Below are positions 8,360-14,481 of a stretch of DNA of 14,481 bases, piece by piece. This DNA is from Octopus sinensis (Eukaryota), in assembly GCF_006345805.1 (NCBI RefSeq), contig NW_021825788.1, positions 1-14,481 on the forward strand. The letters run 5' to 3'. The notes beneath the pieces were generated by a model. That model did no database searches, was not told the origin of the DNA, and saw only the letters and a program-made list of their open reading frames with translations. Numbering within the stretch: the stretch's first letter is position 1; each line of letters starts with the position of its first letter. Position numbers and translations under genes: made by a program.

Positions 8360-8525
8360 AGGAACTTTTACGTGGTTTTATTACCTGCAGGAAATAGCAG
8401 TCAAATTTAACTCAAATCGTACCCTGAATAAATAAGGAAAATATTAATTAGCCAATGTCATCTTAGAGAAACGCTCTGGCTGAGAACAGGTTAGGATAGG
8501 TCATGATCGGTACACTTTTGATCAT
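8360..8525 (+). repeat. Degraded retroposon 3' fragment; a second short copy lies at ~8625-8670
   Basis: TACGTGG...CCTGCAGGAAATAGCAGTCAAATTTAACTCAAATCGTACCCT, homologous to 4060-4128 (-) and to TAAAATAGCAGCCAAATCTCC near 8645. Confidence 0.5.
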
Positions 8526-8984
8526 AGTTCTACACAGTCAACTTGACCCGAAAATACGCGAACAACGGACAATGAACAACGAATAACTAGAACGGTAGCA
8601 CAACTACGAGGTGGCAGGGCTATTACGTAGTTTTGGAAGTTGCTAAAATAGCAGCCAAATCTCCATCTACGTGGTGGTCGTGGTTGGATGAACGTTTGTT
8701 CATAATTCAGATTAATCACCACTGAATGTTCTTAAAGAACATTATCATTTCACCTGAAGTTCAATAGCAATGGATCAACGCATCTGGTCGGTGCAGGAGT
8801 GTAGTATTGTAATGTCCCTTCTGTTCGCTGAATGCTGAGGGGCGTCCTACAACGCATAATGCTAGATATAACACCAAACGCTCCACCTTCGCTTAATTTA
8901 GGTCTGTCAAGAGCTTAAGGACTCATAAGTCTCGAGCATAACCTGCGCTCTCTGACGAATAAAGTAACTGAGGTTATAACACTC

Positions 8985-9168
8985 ACTCTGGACGGGACGG
9001 CGGTCTATCGCAGAGTTAACTTTCCAGATGTTGCTGAGATTCATTGAGAGGACTGGAGCAGCGTATAATAAAGTATTTTGCTCAAGAACAATGCTCTATC
9101 TTGTCCAGGAATCGAAACCACAATTTTACGTTGGTGAGTACAACACCTAACAAGTAGCTCACATGCCT
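8985..9168 (-). mobile_element. tRNA-derived SINE with V-domain-like core
   Basis: Minus B box GGTTTCGATTCC (9108-9119), then TTCTTGAGCAAAATACTTTATT...GCTCCAGTCC as in the 14316 copy, then CTCTGCGATAGACCGCCGTCCCGTCCAG, which resembles the V-SINE core CCTGCGATGGACTGGCGTCCCGTCCAG. Confidence 0.7.
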
Positions 9169-9305
9169 TCCCTCCCACCCTGTTTAATCGATTCATGATA
9201 AATCCCCTTTGTGTGACCCAATCATCTTCTCCAATATATGCTGGTTGTGGCAAGAGTTGAGCTCAGTACTATTAACTATCGAACAGTGCAGTGAATTTGT
9301 TACTA

Positions 9306-9554
9306 CGAGGGTGAGTCAAAGAGTAATGCCATTTTGTTTAGGACAGGTATAATTACCAACACAGGAATATGCATCATACATCAAAATGAAGCTGGTTCTC
9401 TATGGATCACATCCCTACTCCTCAACACAGTCACCGTTTCTCTCAATAGCAATGTTCCACCTTCGAATGAGAGCATGTATCCCTGCTCCGTAAAATTCTG
9501 TTGACTGTTCTTTGAGCCACTTCTTCACTATAGTTTACTTTTGACTCACCCTCG
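9306..9554 (-). mobile_element. Internally deleted mariner element (249 bp)
   Basis: Perfect 15-bp terminal inverted repeat CGAGGGTGAGTCAAA (extends to ~20 bp with one indel); TA target duplication at 9304-9305 and 9555-9556; transposase C-terminal relic inside. Confidence 0.9.
9415..9528 (-). pseudogene. Mariner transposase C-terminal relic
   Basis: Translates VKKWLKEQSTEFYGAGIHALIRRWNIAIERNGDCVEE*, matching the mariner terminal pattern W-L..Q..FY..GI..L..RW......GDYVE. Confidence 0.85.
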
Positions 9555-9619
9555 TATATTACGGAACTTACAGCTAGGTTTACTGGACTCTATGAAAGAT
9601 CTTGGTAACGAACAGAAGA

Positions 9620-9954
9620 AAGGTATTGTTGTTTAGGACAGAGGGGTAAAGGTGTGTACCATCACAGAGTTTGCTGTCCTGCAGATATAAATATCTGTTT
9701 GAAAATCAAAGAAAAAAAGGGATATCAATGGGCTCCTAGTTCGAAACCTCCAGCATCTATATCCAGATTATGAATTCATATTCAAATCAATAATAATTGG
9801 AGCACTAGGTTTTGTTAGCAAATGCTTTAAGGAGAATCTGGATAAACTGGGATTTTCAGAAAGAGAAATTGATCGGCTGATTCGTACATTACAAGTGCAA
9901 TCTGTGAGTGGAACGGTAAAAATATGCAAGACTTTCCTCAAGTTCCAAATGTGA
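9620..9954 (+). pseudogene. Restriction-like endonuclease domain relic
   Basis: With one stop and two compensating frameshifts (~9672, ~9718): GIVV*DRGVKVCTITEF/CPADINICLKIKEKK/DINGLLVRNLQHLYPDYEFIFKSIIIGALGFVSKCFKENLDKLGFSEREIDRLIRTLQVQSVSGTVKICKTFLKFQM*. The DIVVWD..IIE..CP.D.N and IIIGALG patterns are typical of R4/Dong-type RLE C-termini. The catalytic PD appears lost at the truncation. Confidence 0.85.
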
Positions 9955-10079
9955 ATTTGTCTGTGTTAACTACAGCCCAAAGATGGAGCCTTGTATCTTT
10001 GTTGGAAACCGGCTCTTACCTCAGTGGAAGATTTATAACAATTAAAAAATAGAAGGAAGACATACATACATACATACAT
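9620..10079 (+). mobile_element. 5'-truncated R4/Dong-like (RLE-type) non-LTR retrotransposon with 3' UTR and (CATA)n tail
   Basis: RLE-domain relic ending in TGA at 9952-9954, a ~105-nt 3' UTR, and (ACAT)5 at 10060-10079. Confidence 0.88.
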
Positions 10080-10080
10080 T

Positions 10081-10285
10081 GAGCGGGATGGCTACTCGAC
10101 TAGAAGAAAATTCAAACTAGACCCCACCTGCAAGGTCATGCACTGTTTATCTTGATATGAGATCACCATGTTGCGCACGTGATGTATATGCCTGGTTACC
10201 CTTATCAGACGGGTAAGTCATGATGGGTAAACTGGGCTTCGTATATTTTACCCCAGTGTCACTTTGATGGCATGCACTGCTCACT
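10081..10285 (+). mobile_element. Unrelated repeat fragment (probable retroposon 3' end) between two (CATA)n tracts
   Basis: No similarity to the RLE 3' UTR. Contains hairpins TTACCC/GGGTAA and ACTGGG/CCCAGT. Recalled, not verified, as a common octopus repeat 3' end. Confidence 0.5.
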
Positions 10286-10375
10286 CATACCTACATACAT
10301 GCATACCTGCATACATACATACATACATACATACATACATACATACACATACATACATACATACATACATACATA
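10286..10375. repeat. (CATA)n microsatellite
   Basis: Direct repeat run. Confidence 0.95.
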
Positions 10376-10487
10376 CAAAAATACCCTGTTGTTGTTGTTG
10401 AATTTCCAATGAAGAAGCCTTGGATCTAGGTTAGAAACTGGTTCTTTCTCTATTGGCAAGAAATCTTGAAATAAACTGAATAATGAT
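10376..10487 (+). mobile_element. 3'-UTR-only copy related to the RLE retroelement
   Basis: Carries AAGCC-TTGGATCTAGGTTAGAAACT-GGTTC (10415-10444), homologous to 9986-10015, about 43 nt before a (CATC/CATA)n tail. Confidence 0.75.
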
Positions 10488-10596
10488 ATCCATCCATCCA
10501 TCCATCCATACATACATACATCCATCCATCCATACATACATACATACATACATACATACATACATACATACATACATACACACATACATACATATA
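10488..10596. repeat. (CATC)n/(CATA)n microsatellite
   Basis: Direct repeat run. Confidence 0.95.
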
Positions 10597-10763
10597 CAAT
10601 CTGTAAGCGGCACAGTGAAAATATGCAAGAGTTTTTTCAAAGTTTAAAATGTGACGTTGTTTTTGTTGACTACATTTCAACGAGGAAGCTTTGTATCTTT
10701 GTTTGAAACCAGCTCCTTCGTAACAGGAATTCATCAGATAATTAAAAATAGAAGAGAACAGAC
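10597..10763 (+). mobile_element. Second 5'-truncated copy of the RLE retroelement (last ~18 codons plus 3' UTR)
   Basis: CAATCTGTAAGCGGCACAGTGAAAATATGCAAG aligns to 9898-9930. Same UTR module at 10686-10715 and same AATTAAAAATAGAAG end; followed by (CATA)n to ~10838. Confidence 0.85.
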
Positions 10764-11039
10764 GTACATACATACATACATACATACATACATGAATACA
10801 CAAACATATACATATATACATACACAAACGCATACATAAGGAGAGGGAGAGAGAAAGAGAGAGAGAGAGACAAAGAGGAAGAGAAACCTGTCTACGAATG
10901 GCTGTTAAGAGGATTTTCATATATTTCACAGCATATTATGTATATGTCTGAAACAGTTATTTGCTCAAAACACAGTCTTGCTTTAAAATAAGATTATTAC
11001 CCGAGTGTTGTGGATGCATATACGTTTTAGTAGTAGCAG

Positions 11040-11081
11040 CAATTGTATATATATAAATACATACATAATGCATATATATAT

Positions 11082-11116
<35 letters not shown>

Positions 11117-11188
11117 CTATATATAATATATATATTATATACATACATACATGCCTATATATATATATATACATACATAATACATGCA

Positions 11189-11237
<49 letters not shown>

Positions 11238-11784
11238 ATATATACATAAATACATACATGATATATATGCATAATACATTTAATAAACATGATATAGATA
11301 TAATATAATATAAATAAATACATTACATGTTAAATATTATATATATTATATATAATATATATGTGTATACATACATACGTAATATATATATGTATATGTG
11401 TGTGAGTGTGTGTGTGTATGTATATATATGTATATATAAAGATGCCTGGATGTATATATATGTATATATAAAGATGCCTGGCCTGGATGTATATATATAT
11501 GTGGGTGTGTGAATGTATGTTTGTGTGTGTGCGTGTGAGATCTCTTCATATTTAATTTGTGTATATGCTTAAAACATTACCCACACAAAACAACACACGG
11601 CCACACATCCACGTATACACGCTTGCGTACACACATACACACGCGCACACACACACATGCACACACACACACACATGCATGAACACACACATATTTCAAA
11701 TACGTAAATACATAGTTTTTCTTTTACACATGTATTTCAGTCTGTGTATGTGTGTGTGGGTGGGTAGGGGACCAGTTTCGCACT

Positions 11785-11815
<31 letters not shown>

Positions 11816-11890
11816 GTGTGTATGTGTATGCGTGCGTTTGTCAACATGGTATTATTCGGCATGTGTGTGTGTGTGGTGTGTGTGTGTTAC
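11040..11890. repeat. Large compound (TA)n/(CA)n/(GT)n low-complexity block
   Basis: Directly visible; includes a short duplication tatataaagatgcctgg at ~11433-11480. Confidence 0.9.
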
Positions 11891-12094
11891 ATATGGTTGG
11901 AACGTAATGACGAAATCGAGACTAAGCTATCGTAGAGTAGGAGTGGGAGGAGGAGGGACAGGAGGAGGAGAAGAAGGCGGGACGAAGGTGGGAGGGTGGC
12001 AGCAGTCAACAGAACCAAGATAATTTGAGTTTATTAATAAAATTACATCAAACAAGTCTTATACAAAAGGCTCAATTGATTTAAAGTAAAGTAG

Positions 12095-12480
12095 AGAACG
12101 TGTGTATGTGTGTATACTACCGTATATATGAGCGTGAGTGGGCGTCTGTTGACGCCTATGTGTGTGTGAACGTATATTATTTTGTTCGTGGCTTCACGTG
12201 TATAAGACCGTGTGTGTGTATATGGGGTGAGGCTGTTTGTTAACGTCTCTGCGGTGTGAGTTTGTGTTCTTTGTTCGTGTGTATATGTGTATATAATCGT
12301 GTATTTGTGTGTGTGGCGGTGGCTGTTGACGTCTATGCGTGTGTGAACGTATGTGCTTTCACTCGTGTGCATGCGTGATTGTGTACATGTGCATATATGG
12401 GTGTCTGGTTTTGTGTGCATGTGTTGGCATGTATATACGTGTGTGTATGTTTGCAGTTTGTGTTTGTGTATGTGATATTC
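12095..12480. repeat. Degenerate (GT)n with internal duplication
   Basis: ctgttgacg(c/t)ctatg(t/c)gtgtgtgaacgtat occurs near 12146 and 12322. Confidence 0.85.
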
Positions 12481-12482
12481 AT

Positions 12483-12911
12483 TTTTTCTACTTGTTTCAC
12501 TCATCTGACTGCGGCCATGTTGGAGCACCGCCTTAACGAGGTTTTTAGTCGAAGAAATCGACCCCAGAACTTCTTTGTAAGTTACGGGGATATAAACACA
12601 CTAGCGATAATATATATATGTATGTATGTATATAATATATATATATATATATATATGCGTCGGTGTATGGCGAGAAGCTTGCTTCCCAACCACATGGCTC
12701 CGGGTTCGGTCCCACTGCGTGACACCTTGGGCATGTGTCTTCTACTATAGTCTCGGGCCGACCAAAGCCCTGTGAGTTAATTTGGTAGACGCAAACAAGG
12801 CATTGGTCGGCCCGATGCTATAGCAGAAGGCACTGCCCAAGGTGCCACACAGTGGGACTGAACCCGGAACCATGTGGTTGCGAAACAAGCTTCTTATCAC
12901 ACAACCACGCC
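12483..12911 (-). mobile_element. OK-type SINE (minus strand) interrupted by an inverted head
   Basis: 3' body at 12483-12610 (ttttctacttgtttc...gactgcggccatgttggagcaccgcc), TA repeat, and head at 12796-12911 (gtgggactgaacccggaaccatgtggttg). Confidence 0.85.
12657..12796 (+). mobile_element. OK-type SINE head in plus orientation
   Basis: GAAGCTTGCTTCCCAACCACATGGCTCCGGGTTCGGTCCCACTGCG...TTGGTAGACGCAAAC; stops before the internal microsatellite. Confidence 0.85.
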
Positions 12912-12939
12912 TGTGTATGAATGTGAATTAATGACTATT

Positions 12940-12945
12940 GGCGTG

Positions 12946-12977
<32 letters not shown>

Positions 12978-13320
12978 TGTATGTATGTATGTATGTATGT
13001 ATTATGTAGGTTGTGTGTGTGTGTATGTATGTATGTATGTATGTATGTATGCATGCATGCATGCATGCATGCATGCATGTATGTATATATGTATGTATGT
13101 ATGTGTGTATGTATGTGTTTGTGTATGTATCTATGTATGTATGTGAATGAGGGTGCTTGTGTTATTCGAGTGTGTATGTGCGTGTGTACAAGAGTAGAAT
13201 GGTTGCATGATGTAGTCGTAGGTATTGGTGCCTGCTTTAATGTTTGCGTGTATGCGTGTGTGTTATTGTGTTTGTGTTTATGTATTTTTATGTGTATATG
13301 TGTGATTATATGACAGTGTG
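12940..13320. repeat. (TATG)n/(CATG)n and degenerate (GT)n
   Basis: Direct repeat runs. Confidence 0.9.
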
Positions 13321-13419
13321 TTTGTAGGGCGTAATGAGTGCATATCTGGATGAACTTGCGGTGTGATTGTCTTTATATCCATTCATATGTATTCACAAGC
13401 TTTATTAATGAGTTATGCC

Positions 13420-13648
13420 GACTCACAAGGGCCGGTTTCCCGATTTAAGGATGTATATATTTCCCCACTTGGACGGAAATCCGGTCCATCGTAGGAGAGG
13501 ACGGGAGTAACATGAAATGAAGTGTTTTGCTATAAATAAAATAAATAAAAAACACACACAACGCGCCGCGCCTGGACCGGGAATTGAAACTGCAACATTA
13601 CGATCATGAATCCAACTCTCGTAACCACTGAGCCATACGACTCCGTTG
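13420..13648 (-). mobile_element. tRNA-derived SINE with V-domain-like core
   Basis: Minus A box TGGCTCAGTGG (13625-13635), B-box-like GTTTCAATTCCCGG (13577-13590), and core CTACGATGGACCGGATTTCCGTCCAAG. Confidence 0.75.
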
Positions 13649-13649
13649 C

Positions 13650-13905
13650 ATGCAAGAGTGAGTACGAGTGCATGCAAGTACGAGTGCTTGCTTGTAATGG
13701 CTTGTATATTGTACGTGTGTATGTGTATGAGGGTGTTTGTATCATGCGTGTGTATGCGCGTGTGTGCATGAGTGCTTACTTTGTATGATGTAGTCGTATG
13801 CGTTGGTGTCTGCTTCAATGTTTGTATGTACGCGCGTGTGTTCATGTATGTGCGTGTGTATGTGTGTGCAAGCGTATATGAGTGTATGTGCGCGCTCGTA
13901 TGTTT
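13650..13905. repeat. Degenerate (GT/GTAT)n block
   Basis: 13728-13840 is homologous to 13148-13262. Confidence 0.85.
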
Positions 13906-14019
13906 AAGGGCATAGTTAGAAGAATAAGGACAATTATTTACGGCCCTTTCCAACTACATTGAAACCAGAAACCTTGCCTGTATCCATGCCACATCGTGTG
14001 ACGAAGTCAATCAATTACC

Positions 14020-14110
14020 CAAACAGGCCACGGTGTAATTCGAACTCGGAATACAAAGTGCTAGAATGAATACCGTAAGGCACTATAAGGACGCTGTAAC
14101 GATTCCATCA
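14020..14110 (-). mobile_element. Degraded OR-type SINE head
   Basis: Minus GGAATCGTTA...ACGGTATTTC...CCGAGTTCGAATTACACCG aligns to the head at 4981-5065. Confidence 0.5.
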
Positions 14111-14126
14111 ACCATATGCTCTAGAA

Positions 14127-14301
14127 CAGTGCTCCGCAAGCTGTATGCCGCGGCACACTGGTGTGCCACGAAACGATGCTAGGTGTGCCACAGTGTAAGC
14201 TCAATATAATTTTTTTCCTTATACTTTTAGTTAAGATGTGCTTCCGAATTTTGAAAAGAATATAGGTGTACCGTTAGTAAAAAAAAAGGTGCAGAACACT
14301 G
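14127..14301. mobile_element. hAT/Charlie-like MITE (175 bp)
   Basis: Termini CAGTGCTCCGCA and (reverse complement) CAGTGTTCTGCA match 10/12. Flanks CTCTAGAA and CTCTTGAT match 6/8, and the left one fits the Charlie NTCTAGAN target. Subterminal GCCGCGGCACAC/GTGTGCCAC motifs. Confidence 0.8.
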
Positions 14302-14315
14302 CTCTTGATTGGTGG

Positions 14316-14481
14316 TACTCGCATGGCGCAGTGGTTAGAATGTGGGGCTCACAGTCATGAGGTAGTGAGTTCGATTCCCGGACCGGGATGTGTGTTGTGT
14401 TCTTGAGCAAGACATTATATTTCACTTTGCTCCGGTACCAGTCAGCTGTAGAAATGAGTTGCAGCGTCACTGGTGCCAAGC
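14316..14481 (+). mobile_element. tRNA-derived SINE head, truncated by the window end
   Basis: A box TGGCGCAGTGG at 14324-14334 and B box GAGTTCGATTCCC at 14367-14379, then a non-tRNA body TTCTTGAGCAAGACA...CAGCTGTAGAAATGAGT. Confidence 0.85.

Noticed and set aside
10190-10262. Possible pseudoknot or HDV-like ribozyme
   Set aside because: The helices overlap with zero-length connecting loops, and the HDV P3/L3 and catalytic C context are not found.
11938-12000. G-rich stretch, possible G-quadruplex
   Set aside because: GGG runs are separated by long irregular loops in a (GGA)n context; weak, ordinary low complexity.
10259-13953. CMYV/IYIY/HTHT-type ORFs
   Set aside because: Translations of (TATG)n, (TA)n and (CA)n; non-coding.
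14316-14390. tRNA gene
   Set aside because: A and B boxes are good, but no acceptor stem closes and the sequence continues into a SINE body shared with other copies in the window.

Overview
Repeat-dense, non-genic (intergenic or intronic) eukaryotic DNA, most likely from Octopus. The taxon is inferred from tRNA-derived SINEs I recognise as the octopus OK/OR types plus extreme microsatellite density; this is recognition, not a database result. No intact protein-coding gene is supported, and the supplied ORFs are essentially all low-complexity or SINE artefacts. Two real coding relics were missed by the ORF track: a mariner transposase C-terminus (9415-9528, -) and the C-terminal restriction-like endonuclease (RLE) domain of an R4/Dong-type non-LTR retrotransposon (~9620-9954, +). 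The window also holds about ten SINE copies or fragments, four DNA-transposon derivatives (mariner, Tigger/pogo-like, two hAT/Charlie-like) and one largely unique block (~5700-7900). Most notable: (1) head-to-tail RLE-retroelement 3' ends nested in one (CATA)n tract and sharing a covarying 30-nt stem-loop; (2) a repeat fragment carrying all hammerhead-ribozyme core strands in a non-canonical order; (3) a SINE trimer bounded by a single 15-bp target-site duplication, with a chimeric first unit; (4) a ~110-bp-stem fold-back of two SINE heads; (5) a cluster of TGACA(NNTG) motifs including three exact TGACAATTGC copies.
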